From Chloroflexota bacterium (GTDB taxonomy: Bacteria > Chloroflexota > Dehalococcoidia > Lucifugimonadales > UBA3495), in NCBI GenBank assembly GCA_027623675.1, contig JAQBVF010000012.1:24350-88349 (forward strand): 64,000 nt of DNA. Reading direction: 5' to 3'. Every line of letters starts with the position of its first letter. Position 1 is the stretch's first letter. Of the stretch, positions 19,273 through 29,160 are shown in pieces. Both the position numbers and the translations under genes were made by a program. The notes under the pieces are model-generated. The model was not told the origin of the DNA, did no database searches, and saw only the letters and a program-made list of their open reading frames with translations.

Positions 19273-20169
19273 TTGGAAGTTGGAGTGATTTTCCCCCAGA
19301 CAGAGATCGAGCCTGACCCGTCGGCCATCAAGGACTTTGCTCAAGCCGCCGAGGGCATGGGCTACGCCTACATATTCATCGCCGACCACGTGCTGGGCGC
19401 CGACCCGGCCCACCATGATTTCCCGGCGCTGCGCACCTACAACCACAGATCGGTGGTCCACGAAACGCTGACCCTGATGGGCTATCTCTCGGCCATCACC
19501 GAGCGGGTCGGGCTGGCCACGGGCATCCTGATCCTGCCCCAACGCCAGACGGTGCTGGTCGCCAAGCAGGCCGCGGAGGTCGACGTGCTGTCCGGCGGAC
19601 GGCTGCGCCTGGGCATCGGCGTGGGTTGGAACACCGTGGAGTACGAGGCGCTGGGCGAGGATTTCCACAACCGAGGGGCACGCAGCGCCGAGCAGATCGA
19701 GGTCCTGCGGGCGCTCTGGACCCAGGACGTGGTGGATTTTCACGGCAAATGGCACAACATCAGCCACGCGGGATTGAACCCCCTGCCGGTCCAGCGGCCC
19801 ATTCCCATCTACCTGGGCGCGGGCAGCTCCCAGAGTCCCACGCCTCCGGATTCGGTGCTCAAGCGCGTGGCCCGCTTGGCCGACGGCTGGTGCCCCAACT
19901 TCAACCCCGACGAAAGCGGCCGCGCCATCGTGGAACGCACCCACGGTTTCATGAAAGAGATGGGCCGCGACCCCGCCACGTTGGGGCTGGATGGGCGTCT
20001 CCGCACCGGCGGCCGGCAGCCCGAGGACTGGCTGGACGAGGCCAAGGCCTGGAAAGAGCTGGGCGCGGACTACCTGTCCATCGAGAACCGCCAGGGCGGA
20101 CTGACCACCGCCGGAGAGCACATCGAGGCCATGCGGCGCTTCAAAGAAACTATCGGGTTCGACATCTAG
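19273..20169 (+). CDS. LLM-class F420-dependent oxidoreductase
   Basis: ADHVLGADP, ILILPQRQTVLVAKQAAEVDVLSGGRLRLGIGVGWN; TTG start with AGGAG. Confidence 0.9.
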   Translation: MEVGVIFPQTEIEPDPSAIKDFAQAAEGMGYAYIFIADHVLGADPAHHDFPALRTYNHRSVVHETLTLMGYLSAITERVGLATGILILPQRQTVLVAKQAAEVDVLSGGRLRLGIGVGWNTVEYEALGEDFHNRGARSAEQIEVLRALWTQDVVDFHGKWHNISHAGLNPLPVQRPIPIYLGAGSSQSPTPPDSVLKRVARLADGWCPNFNPDESGRAIVERTHGFMKEMGRDPATLGLDGRLRTGGRQPEDWLDEAKAWKELGADYLSIENRQGGLTTAGEHIEAMRRFKETIGFDI

Positions 20170-20174
20170 CGCGC

Positions 20175-20630
20175 ATGGCGACTTTCGAGCCCAGAGACCC
20201 GGAGTTTGAGGCCAAGATTCGCGCCAGTTTTGGCCAGCAGACCGCCATGCAAACCCTGGGCGCGGTCATGGGCAACGTGTCGCCCGGCCAGGTCGAGATT
20301 GAGATGCCCTACCGGGCCGACCTGGCGCAGCAGCACGGCTTCATCCACGGCGGCATCGTCACGGCGATCTTGGACAGCGCCTGCGGGTATGCGGCCTTCA
20401 GCCTGAGCGCCCCCGGCACCGCGGTGCTGACCGTGGAATACAAGGTCAACTTCGTCGCCCCGGCCAAAGGCGAACGATTCGTGGCCCGGGGAGAAGTTGT
20501 GCGGTCCGGCGCCACCATCGCCGTCTGCAAGGGCGACGTTTTTGCCTACGACAACGGTGAAGAGAAGCTGGTCGCCACCATGCTAACCACCATGATGCTC
20601 ACGCCCAACCGCCCCAATCTGGCTAACTAG
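20175..20630 (+). CDS. PaaI-family hotdog thioesterase
   Basis: QQHGFIHGG, DSACGYAA, LTVEYKVNF; start MATFEPR. Confidence 0.9.
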   Translation: MATFEPRDPEFEAKIRASFGQQTAMQTLGAVMGNVSPGQVEIEMPYRADLAQQHGFIHGGIVTAILDSACGYAAFSLSAPGTAVLTVEYKVNFVAPAKGERFVARGEVVRSGATIAVCKGDVFAYDNGEEKLVATMLTTMMLTPNRPNLAN

Positions 20631-20646
20631 GAGCTACGCTTCACAA

Positions 20647-20875
20647 ATGCCGAGACGGTATCGACCCAGTGAAGTCGCGAAGATAGCCTCCAGGTTAGGC
20701 TGGGAATACAGCCATCACACCGGGAACCACGCGATATACACCTGACCCGGCCGACTCCAATGTCACCATACCGGAACACCGAGGCGAGATTCGAGTTGGG
20801 ACTGCGGGAAGCATCATTAAGCAGATGGGTCTCACTCGCCGCGAATTCGATAAGATAGCCGAAGAGGTCTTGTGA
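20647..20875 (+). pseudogene. hicA: Disrupted HicA-family toxin
   Basis: MPRRYRPSEV...HTGNHAIYT then TGA (20743-20745). The +1 frame continues NVTIPEHRGEIRVGTAGSIIKQMGLTRREFD to a TGA overlapping the hicB ATG. Confidence 0.8.
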
Positions 20876-21165
20876 TGGTCAAGAAAAAATTCACGGTTAT
20901 CCTGATCCCTCAGGACGAGGGAGGCTACCAGGCGTTCTTCCCGTATTACCCGGAGTGCACCACGGACGGCGACACTGTGGAAGAGGCTCTGGCCAACGCC
21001 AAAGACGCCTTGGAGGGTATCTTGGTGGTCGAGGCGGAGCGTGGCGGCGATCCGGTTCCGGGTTTTGTCCACGCGCTGCACGTGGTGGTGGGAACCTTGG
21101 ACATCGACGTGCCGGATAGTCTGATTGAATCAAATGTCGGCGCTGGCGAAACCATCATCGCCTAG
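20875..21165 (+). CDS. hicB: HicB-family antitoxin
   Basis: FTVILIPQDEGGY, PECTTDGDTVEEALANAKDAL; TGATG coupling to hicA. Confidence 0.88.
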   Translation: MVKKKFTVILIPQDEGGYQAFFPYYPECTTDGDTVEEALANAKDALEGILVVEAERGGDPVPGFVHALHVVVGTLDIDVPDSLIESNVGAGETIIA

Positions 21166-21187
21166 ATCAAAGCCTGCGAGAATATCA

Positions 21188-21220
21188 GAAAAGGGGCGTC
21201 GGCTTCTGGACGCCCCTTTC
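21188..21220. terminator. Intrinsic terminator between convergent genes
   Basis: AAAGGGGCGTC-GGCTTCTG-GACGCCCCTTT. Confidence 0.75.
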
Positions 21221-21251
21221 CTATTTTATGCCGGGCGTTCGGGAAAGAGCC

Positions 21252-22334
21252 CTAATCGAACATCATTACGCTGCGGGCTACCGAGCCATCCTTCATGTAC
21301 CCGAACGCCTCGTTGACGTCTTCCAGCTTGAGACGCTTGGAGACCAGTTCATCCAGCTTCAGGCGGCCCTGCAGGTAGAAATCTATGTACCGGGGCATGT
21401 CCACCCGGAAGTGGTTTGAGCCCATGCTGCTGCCCTGGATTCGCCGCTCCCGGATGAACGCCGCGCCGTCCAGCTCGATCTTGGTGCCTTGGGGAATCAT
21501 GCCGATGATGGTCGCCGTGCCGCCAGCCCGCAGTATCCCGAAGGACTGCTCGGCGGTCTCCTTCTTCCCGATGGCCTCAAAGGAGTAGTCCACGCCGCCG
21601 TTGGTCAGGTCCTTGACCCGCGCTTCAACGTCGCCGGTGGATGCGTCGATAACGTCGGTTGCGCCGAACTCCCGGGCCAGGGTCAGCTTGTCCTCCACGG
21701 CGTCGATGGCGATGATGCGCAGCGCCCCAGCCAGCCGCGCGCCCTGGATGGCGTTCAAGCCCACGCCGCCGCAGCCGATGACCGCCACCGTGCTGCCCGG
21801 CTCCACCTTGGCGGTGTTCATAGCCGCGCCCAGTCCGGTGGTCGCGCCGCAGCCGATCAGCGCCATCTGCTCGAAGCCGATGTCCTGCTGGATCTTCACC
21901 AGGGAATTCTCGTGGACCAGCATCATCTCGGCGTAGGCGCCCAGGTTGGCGAACTGGGTCACCGGGCCGCCGTTCTGGCTGAGCCTGGGTGTTTCGCCGG
22001 GACCCCGTATCAGCCCGGTGCGGGAGCAGAGCACGGGCCGGCCGGTGGTGCAGCGCTCGCACTGGCCGCAGAACACCGAGAGACAGCAGATGACCCGGTC
22101 GCCGGGAGAGACGTAATCCACCTGGCTGCCCACTGCCTCCACCGTTCCGGAGGCTTCATGGCCCAGCACCACCGGCATGGCGATGGTGTAGAGTCCTTCA
22201 ACGAAATGGAGGTCGCTGTGGCAAACGCCCGAGGCCCTGGTCCGCACCAACACCTCTCTGGGGCCCGGGTCGGCGACGGTGACATCTTCCATCTGCAACG
22301 GCTGGTTCACCTCATGCAACACGGCTGCCTTCAT
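21252..22334 (-). CDS. Zn-dependent alcohol dehydrogenase (MDR family)
   Basis: GVCHSD, LGHE, CGQCERC...C structural Zn site, GCGGVG. Confidence 0.93.
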   Translation of the reverse strand: MKAAVLHEVNQPLQMEDVTVADPGPREVLVRTRASGVCHSDLHFVEGLYTIAMPVVLGHEASGTVEAVGSQVDYVSPGDRVICCLSVFCGQCERCTTGRPVLCSRTGLIRGPGETPRLSQNGGPVTQFANLGAYAEMMLVHENSLVKIQQDIGFEQMALIGCGATTGLGAAMNTAKVEPGSTVAVIGCGGVGLNAIQGARLAGALRIIAIDAVEDKLTLAREFGATDVIDASTGDVEARVKDLTNGGVDYSFEAIGKKETAEQSFGILRAGGTATIIGMIPQGTKIELDGAAFIRERRIQGSSMGSNHFRVDMPRYIDFYLQGRLKLDELVSKRLKLEDVNEAFGYMKDGSVARSVMMFD

Positions 22335-22468
22335 GGTGCGTCCTCCTGTAGGCCGGGGGAGATTATCGGTCTGAATCTTGGTTCGGAATGATACGCCGAA
22401 TCACGTGGAGGCGGCAAACCAACTTGCGTTGGCCAGGACCGCCGAGGTCTTCATCTGCCGGCCGGCGG

Positions 22469-23827
22469 TCAGACGGTCACGCCGGTGAAATTGAAGCTGC
22501 TTAGTTTCAGGGCAGGGACCCTGGTGGCGAACCCAACCTCGTTCAGGACCAGCTTGGACTCGCTGCCCACATGCTCAACCCCGGCCAGGGCCTCCACATA
22601 GGACTGGGTGAACCGCAGGTCCTTCACCGGGTGGGTGATCTGGCCGTTCTCGATCATGAAGGTGCCGTCGCGGGTCATCCCGGTCATGACACAGTTCTTG
22701 GAATGGGCTAGGCGGGTGTAGAAGAAGCGGGTCACGTACACGCCGCGCCGGGTTGAGGCGATGAGTTCATCCAGAGACGAATCGCCTTCCTGCATGAACA
22801 GGTTGCTGGCGATGGGGCCGCCGGTGAAATAGGCCTGGTGCCCGGTGGAAACCGTGCCTTCTTTGCCGGCGGTGTAGGAGTTATACACCGGCGTGTTCAC
22901 CACTCCCTGGGTGATGATGTCCACCCGCTGCCGGGGCACGCCCTCCGCGTCGAAGGGGACGGGCCAGCCGTGAGAGGCCGTGCCCTCGTCCCACACCGTG
23001 ACGCTGGGGCTCATGGCCCGTGCTCCTTCCTGCCCACCCGTTTGACCCTGGCCGAGGTGGTCGTTCATCCAACTGCGGCCTTCCTGCACCGCCTGGGCGC
23101 CCATGCCGTAGAGGCTGAGGGCTTCCAGGATGTCGTCCACGGCGTAGGTGTCCAGCACCACCGGATAGCGGCCCGGCTCCACGGCCACCGGGTCGCGGCC
23201 GTCCACCGCCTTGGCGACAGCCTCCCGGCCCAGGGCTTCGGTGTCCATGTCGGAGAGCCGCCAGGAGCCGCCCTTGGCCCACCCGGCGGAGGTCGCGCTC
23301 ATGGTGTTGATGATCAGCCCAGCGAGGGTCCCGGCGTGGTAGGCCCTGGTCCCGTGGCTGCTGACCACCGCGATCTCCTGCACGCCGGTCCGGCAGGCCC
23401 CGGAGACGTTCAGGCCGTGTTCTTTGCCCTGAAGGCAGACGCCTTCGACGATCTTGGCCCGGGTTTCGGGACTGCACATCGCGGTGGCTTGGTCCCAACT
23501 GTCGACGGTGTCCGGTTCGGGCGGAGTTGGCAGTCCCAGGAACCCGGGGTCTTCGGGCATGAGCAGGGCGTTCTTGTGGGCGGCTGCCATGGCTTTTTGC
23601 ACGCCGGCGTCGCTAAGGTCGTTGGTGGTGGCCCGCCCCAGCCGCTTCCCCGAGACCGAGCGCACGTTAAGGGTGATGTTTCCGTGGGCCACGTTCTGGT
23701 GGATGGCCCCACCGGCGAACCTGGAGAGCCCCAGGTCCTGGGCGCTGAGAAAGATGTCGGCCTCCTCCCCTTTGGAATAGCCCAAGGCTCTATCCAGAAG
23801 GGCCAAAGCGGCCTCTCTTCCCATCAT
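22469..23827 (-). CDS. tldE: TldE/PmbA-family metalloprotease subunit
   Basis: RFAGGAIHQN, PGRYPVVL, FDAEGVP, TGMTRDGTF; lacks HExxGH; downstream of tldD. Confidence 0.85.
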   Translation of the reverse strand: MMGREAALALLDRALGYSKGEEADIFLSAQDLGLSRFAGGAIHQNVAHGNITLNVRSVSGKRLGRATTNDLSDAGVQKAMAAAHKNALLMPEDPGFLGLPTPPEPDTVDSWDQATAMCSPETRAKIVEGVCLQGKEHGLNVSGACRTGVQEIAVVSSHGTRAYHAGTLAGLIINTMSATSAGWAKGGSWRLSDMDTEALGREAVAKAVDGRDPVAVEPGRYPVVLDTYAVDDILEALSLYGMGAQAVQEGRSWMNDHLGQGQTGGQEGARAMSPSVTVWDEGTASHGWPVPFDAEGVPRQRVDIITQGVVNTPVYNSYTAGKEGTVSTGHQAYFTGGPIASNLFMQEGDSSLDELIASTRRGVYVTRFFYTRLAHSKNCVMTGMTRDGTFMIENGQITHPVKDLRFTQSYVEALAGVEHVGSESKLVLNEVGFATRVPALKLSSFNFTGVTV

Positions 23828-23888
23828 GTTGCCGCTCCTTTCACCATCGCTCTCTCTAAATGGACATTTAGGGGTACATTTGGCTCCA

Positions 23889-25334
23889 TCATTTCATCAC
23901 CCCGACCTGGATGTTCCGGAACCGGGCCGGCGCGGCGCCGTGCCCGGTGTGTCCGATCTGGCCCGGCTGGCCCTTGCCGCAGTTGGGAATGCCCCACATG
24001 GTCCAGTGGTCCTCGTTGCAGACGGCGTCGCACGAGTTCCAAAACTCGGGGGTTATGCCCGTATAGGTGGAGTTCTTCAACATCCGGCCCAACTTGCCCT
24101 TCTTGATCTCGTAGCCAATCTCGACGCCGAACTGGAAGTTGAAGCGGCGGTCGTCGATGGACCAGGACCGGTTCATCTCCATCAATATGCCTTCGTCGGT
24201 GTCGGCGATCAGGTCGTCCAGCGTCCAGTCACCGGGTTCCAGGCTCACGTTGGTCATGCGGATCAGCGGGATGCGGTTCCAAGACGACGCCCGCATGGAG
24301 CCGTTGGACTCCAGGCCAAGTCCGTTGGCAGTCTCCCGGGACGTGAGATACCCCTCGAAGCGCCCATTCCGGACCACCGGCGTCGACTGGGCCGGCACAC
24401 CCTCGTCGTCCCAGCCGTAGGAACCAAGGCCCGGCAGGCGGATGCTGTCGGCCGTGATATTCACGTGGCTCGACCCGTACTGGAAATCGTTGAGCTTGTC
24501 CGTGGTGAGGAACGACGTGCCGGCGTAGGCGGCCTCCGAGCCTAGCACCCGGTCCAGCTCGATGGCGTGGCCGCACGACTCATGTACCTGCAATCCCAGT
24601 TGGGACGCGCCGACGATCAATGTGGTGACCCCGGAAGGGCACTGGTCCGCCGATAGAAGGGCCACGGCCTCGGTGGCCGTCCGTTCGGCGTTGCCGGCCA
24701 GGTCCATCGCCGCCACGAACTCCCACCCCGCGCAACCCTGCTGGCGCATGGACTGTGGGTAGGAGCGCCGCTGCACCTCTCCATTCCCCCTAGCTGTGGC
24801 CGCGATGCCCCCTCCGGCCTCATAGATCGTCTGTTCCACGTGGGCGCCCTCACTATTGGCGAAGGTCTTCTGCTCTCTGATGAAGATCAGATTGCCGGTC
24901 CGTGCGGAGATCCCGGCCACGGAGCCCATCCGCCGGTCAGCCTCCAGCAGCAGGCCCAGTTTCACCTCCGGCGACACTGTGAATGGGTCGGTCTGGATGG
25001 GGGTGGTGTATCGGCCCCTGCTGGTAACCGGTGGCCCCAATGATACCGACCCGTTGCTGGACCGGGCGGAGGCTTTGGCGATCTCCACGGCCAGCCCGGT
25101 GATCCGGTCTACCTCCAGCGGAGAGACGATGTTGCTGGAGGCGAACCCCCAGGAGCCGTTGACCAACACCCGCACGCCGATACCCAGGGATTCGTCGTCG
25201 CTGAGGGTGTCGACAACCCCATTCCGGACCACGGCCCGCTCTTGGTGCGTCTCGACCAGCCGCACGTCGCAATACCCGGCGCCACGCACTTCGGCCAGGT
25301 CGAGAGCCCTGGATACCAGATCATCCATCGCCAT
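23889..25334 (-). CDS. tldD: TldD-family metalloprotease
   Basis: HESCGHAIELD zinc motif, WDDEGVP, RMTN, CGKGQPGQ. Confidence 0.92.
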   Translation of the reverse strand: MAMDDLVSRALDLAEVRGAGYCDVRLVETHQERAVVRNGVVDTLSDDESLGIGVRVLVNGSWGFASSNIVSPLEVDRITGLAVEIAKASARSSNGSVSLGPPVTSRGRYTTPIQTDPFTVSPEVKLGLLLEADRRMGSVAGISARTGNLIFIREQKTFANSEGAHVEQTIYEAGGGIAATARGNGEVQRRSYPQSMRQQGCAGWEFVAAMDLAGNAERTATEAVALLSADQCPSGVTTLIVGASQLGLQVHESCGHAIELDRVLGSEAAYAGTSFLTTDKLNDFQYGSSHVNITADSIRLPGLGSYGWDDEGVPAQSTPVVRNGRFEGYLTSRETANGLGLESNGSMRASSWNRIPLIRMTNVSLEPGDWTLDDLIADTDEGILMEMNRSWSIDDRRFNFQFGVEIGYEIKKGKLGRMLKNSTYTGITPEFWNSCDAVCNEDHWTMWGIPNCGKGQPGQIGHTGHGAAPARFRNIQVGVMK

Positions 25335-25910
25335 GAATATCCCCTCAGCCTGAGACTATCGATTATGGAAAACGTATCAAAGTCCGTAAATCAGATTGTA
25401 AACGGCGCAGTCGCTTCCCGGTTAAGTGAATAATTGTTGAAGTAATAGCCTGAATCGATACACCGGATCGGCAAATACCAATGATATTCCAGAATCACAG
25501 AAACAGGATATTCAAAAATGGTTATGGAATAGTTGACATCATGATCAGGGATAACTTATATTTCCGTATCCGCTTCCAGATCTGAGGTTTGTTGGGCACG
25601 AACCGGATCGCCGCAGTGCGAGTGGGGCCGGTTTACCGGCCCGATGCCCAGCCTATCGAAGTTTGGCCAGGTCGTTGTGGGTAGTTCCCGTTTAATGACC
25701 CTGGCGATATCCCGCGCCAAGCGTGAAAGACTGGCGTGCAGGTGATTGGAGGCAGACTAAGGCCACTGGCGGTAGCCGTGCAAAGCAGACCGCCAATAGC
25801 CCTTTGCTGAACGGACGCGTGCCCGTTGGCTTTTTAATTATATGGGCTGCGGCCAACCCGCAACAACCTGGACCGCGCCGAAGCGGCCATGCTACAGAGG
25901 AGGAGACTAG

Positions 25911-27035
25911 ATGAGGAATCTACGGAAGTTTACTTTCCCGGTCTTAGTCGGAATTCTTTTGCTGATCTTGGCGGCGTGTGGTGGGGGTGGCGACAACGGC
26001 GGCAGCACTCCAAGCGGGAGTTCCGGCGGCGGCAGCGTCGCGGACATAGATCAGACCTTCACCTTCCAGTACGTATGCGTGAACCGGACTTTGCTCCCCT
26101 GTCAGTTGGTGCAGCAGTTCATCGACGCCGTGGACGAGCGCACCGATGGAAAGGTTGAGATTCAGATCTCCTCCTACCCCGAGCTCGGCATCAGCGGGTT
26201 CGACATGATTCGCCTGCTTGAAGATGGCTCGGTGGGACTTGGCGAGATCTACAGCGGTTTCGTCGGCGGCGAGTACCCAGTTTTCGACGTGGGGAATCTC
26301 TGGGGCTTGTTCACCAGCACCGAACAATACTACGAGGCCGTTGACGCTCTCAACGATGACATGAAGCGCGTCGTTACGGAAAAGACCCAGGGCGGTAAGG
26401 TAGTCGCGTTCAACTTCTACCCCAGCAACTTCTTCTTCACCAAGCAGCCTCTCGAGGCCCTGAAAGACTTCGAGGGAGTGCGCACCAGGAGCCACAGTAA
26501 CGTGCTCTCCGACCTGGTGAACGAGCTTGGCGGCGACGCCCAGACCATGGCTTTCGCTGAGGTTTACACGGCGCTGGAGCGCGGTATCTTGGACGGAGCG
26601 GTGACCTGTTCCACCTGCGGCTTCGGCCAGAAGTGGAATGAGGTAACCGATTATCTGACCGGGCCCATCCCCGGCAGCTTCGCCCAGACCTTCATAACTT
26701 TCAACTCGAAGGAATGGGAGTCCATGCCCCCCATCTTCCAGCAGATCATCACGGAGGAAGGCGCGAACCACACGGCCAGGGCCAGGACCGAGGCAGCCAA
26801 ATGGGACACCCAGGGCGTGGGCCAGTTGGTGGAAGGCGGAATGAAGTATTCCGAGTTCACCCAGGAGATGCTCGATGTCATCGGCTCGGCTGGTGAGAAA
26901 GCCGTGTTGCCCCGTTGGGTTGGGAGAGCCGGGGGCTACGGCAGTGAGGGAGTCGATCTTTACAACGAGAAGATCGCCGCCATCACCGGTCTCAGGGTCA
27001 ACCCGGACAACACCGTCACGAACATCGGACGGTAG
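25911..27035 (+). CDS. dctP: TRAP transporter substrate-binding lipoprotein (DctP family)
   Basis: Lipobox LAAC plus Gly/Ser linker; FIDAVDERTDGKVEI, DFEGVRTR, AEVYTALERGILDG; GAGGAG RBS. Confidence 0.85.
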   Translation: MRNLRKFTFPVLVGILLLILAACGGGGDNGGSTPSGSSGGGSVADIDQTFTFQYVCVNRTLLPCQLVQQFIDAVDERTDGKVEIQISSYPELGISGFDMIRLLEDGSVGLGEIYSGFVGGEYPVFDVGNLWGLFTSTEQYYEAVDALNDDMKRVVTEKTQGGKVVAFNFYPSNFFFTKQPLEALKDFEGVRTRSHSNVLSDLVNELGGDAQTMAFAEVYTALERGILDGAVTCSTCGFGQKWNEVTDYLTGPIPGSFAQTFITFNSKEWESMPPIFQQIITEEGANHTARARTEAAKWDTQGVGQLVEGGMKYSEFTQEMLDVIGSAGEKAVLPRWVGRAGGYGSEGVDLYNEKIAAITGLRVNPDNTVTNIGR

Positions 27036-27078
27036 GGTTCGGCCTCGACCCGTACCTGATTTGAAATCAGGCAACTAC

Positions 27079-27282
27079 ATGAGTCATCCCGGCGTTTGCT
27101 GGGTGGATGCTGCCGCCTTTGTCATTCCGGCTGCGGTTGTCATTCCGGCTGCGGTTGTCATTCCGATCGAAGAGAGGAATCTCGCGGCTGATGGGAGGCC
27201 AACTGCCGGTCCCGGGGAACGATAGCAACCTTGTAGTCAAGCAAAAATAGGTTCTTTTCCTTCCGTGGAAGGACCAGAATCA
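27079..27282 (+). mobile_element. Truncated copy of a MITE-like palindromic element
   Basis: Begins ATGAGTCATCCCGG and aligns over about 200 bp to the reverse complement of 62590-62792; has an internal 18-bp duplication (GTCATTCCGGCTGCGGTT); second terminal repeat absent. Confidence 0.75.
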
Positions 27283-27349
27283 CATGGGGCGGGCGGGGGA
27301 TAAGTTGGAACAGGGCGCTTGGTGCGGTTTGCGGGCCAGCCGTGCTTGG

Positions 27350-28895
27350 CTCAGGTTGCCGGCAGCTTGAGACGCTGGATCTAGACCGGGGCATCGTTCA
27401 AGACCACAAAGGCCTCGGGCTGGACCAACTCGTCGGAGTCGGGACTCCCCACGACGGCGGCCTCAAGGGTCTTGGGATGCTCGGTCGGGCGGTTCTCAAT
27501 CTCCGCCAGCGGATACCGGATTCAGCCTGCCTTCAGCGTGTCGTCGCTGCGGCCACAGTGCACGAAATACCCGTCCGGGTCCTCGTAATAGGTGTCTCCG
27601 GTGTTCAGCCAGCCGTCCACCATGGTCTCGGCGGTTCTCTGTGGGTTGTTCCAGTAATGGGAGGCGATGGAGTCGCCCCGGACCAACAGCATTCCTGGAT
27701 CGCCCTTGGTCATTGGGTTGCCCTGGCCACCCATTATCTTCACCTGATAGCCAGGGACCGGCTTGCCGCTGGAGCCGGGACGGTAGTTGTCCATCGTGTT
27801 TGAGATGAAGACGTGCAGCGCCTCGGTGGAGCTGATGCCGTCCAAGATCAGCGTTCCGGTCTGCTCCTGCCAGCGCCGGAAGATGTCGGCCGGGAGGGCC
27901 TCTCCGGAGGAAACGCAGCAACGGAGCGACGAGAGATCAGCAGCCATGCCGGTTTGCGCGTTGTCGTCCAATGCCCGCAGCTGGGCGGCATATAGCGAGG
28001 GCACGGCGAAGTAGATGCTGGGCCGGTGCTCTTCGATTATCTGGAAAATAATGTCGGGCGATGGCCGCTGGCTGCTCAGCACTGTCACGCCGCCAACCCA
28101 CAGCGGAAAGGTCATGGCGTTGCCCATCCCGTAGGCCGAGAACAGCTTGGCGGCTGAGAAGCAGACGTCGTCCGGGGTCATCTGCAGCGTGTCCACCGCG
28201 TAGTGCACGCAGGTAGCCGCGATGTCCCGGTGGCGGTGCACCGCGGCCTTGGGCCGGCCCGTGGTGCCCGAGGAGTACAGCCAGAGACATTCCGAATCCG
28301 CCGTGGCCGGAGCGGGCTCCAGCACCGGGGAATAGCCGTCCATCAACCCCGGAAACTGCAGGCCGAAGGACCCCTGGGTGGACATGCCGCCGGGCCCATC
28401 GGTGGCCAGTATGAAGCCCGGTTTGTGGCCCGATGCAGCCAGCGCGGGTGTGATCTCGGACAGGAACTCCGGGGAGTAGACCAGGCCGGCACAGGTGGAA
28501 TCCTCAATCATGTAGCGGTAGTCGTCGGCCTTAAGCAGGGTATCCAGCGGCACGGGCACGAATCCCGCCTTGATGGCCCCCCAGAAGATGTAGAAGAATT
28601 CGGGGCAGTCTTTGACGACCATCAGGACCCGGCCGCCGGGCTCCAACACCAGATTCTTCAGCATGTTGCCGCATTGGTTGGCCCGCACCGCCAACTGCTG
28701 GTAGGTGATCTGCTTCTCTAGGGCATCGTCGGCCGGCGAACCCGGGTCGAAGTCGGCATTGATGATGACCGGGTACCCGCCGCGTCCCTCGGCCAGGTGC
28801 CGGTCAATCATGGGCACGGCGATATTGAACACCGGGGCGAAATCGATCGTTGAGGGCGTTTTTGAGTGGTCGACGGTTACACTGTGGTCCGGCAT
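27350..28895 (-). pseudogene. Benzoate-CoA ligase-family pseudogene
   Basis: YSSGTTGRPK, GEALP, TGD, GRSDD. In-frame TGA at 27522-27524, homology continues (EIE..EHP..EAAVVG..AFVVL), then TAG at 27381-27383 followed by IQRLKL. Confidence 0.82.
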
Positions 28896-29065
28896 GTTAT
28901 CGCTCAAGGCTCCTAGTTGAATCGCAAATATTCGCAGTCCCAGTGATGGCGTTGCTGGCGCGGATGCAGGTTTGGCCCGAGCTGGCGGAGGCGTTTTCCC
29001 TGCCGTTCGGTCCGATCGGAGCGATTCGGTCAATCTTATCAGAACGCGAGCGGCCCTAATTGGCG

Positions 29066-29094
29066 TTGACAGTTTTTGGGCCGGTCAATACACT
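29066..29094 (+). promoter_or_regulatory. sigma70-type promoter
   Basis: TTGACA-17 nt-TACACT upstream of the LLM gene at 29161. Confidence 0.65.
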
Positions 29095-29160
29095 GCCCCG
29101 AAACCGGCGGCGGCCGGATTCGATGATTTTGTGGCATTCCAGTAAAGAGGACAGACCGCG

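Noticed and set aside
20743..20745. Selenocysteine readthrough in hicA
   Set aside because: Homology resumes in a different frame, so readthrough alone cannot restore the protein.
27522..27524. Selenocysteine at the CoA-ligase TGA
   Set aside because: The position corresponds to Gly, the downstream sequence is degenerate with a second stop, and no matching hairpin was seen.
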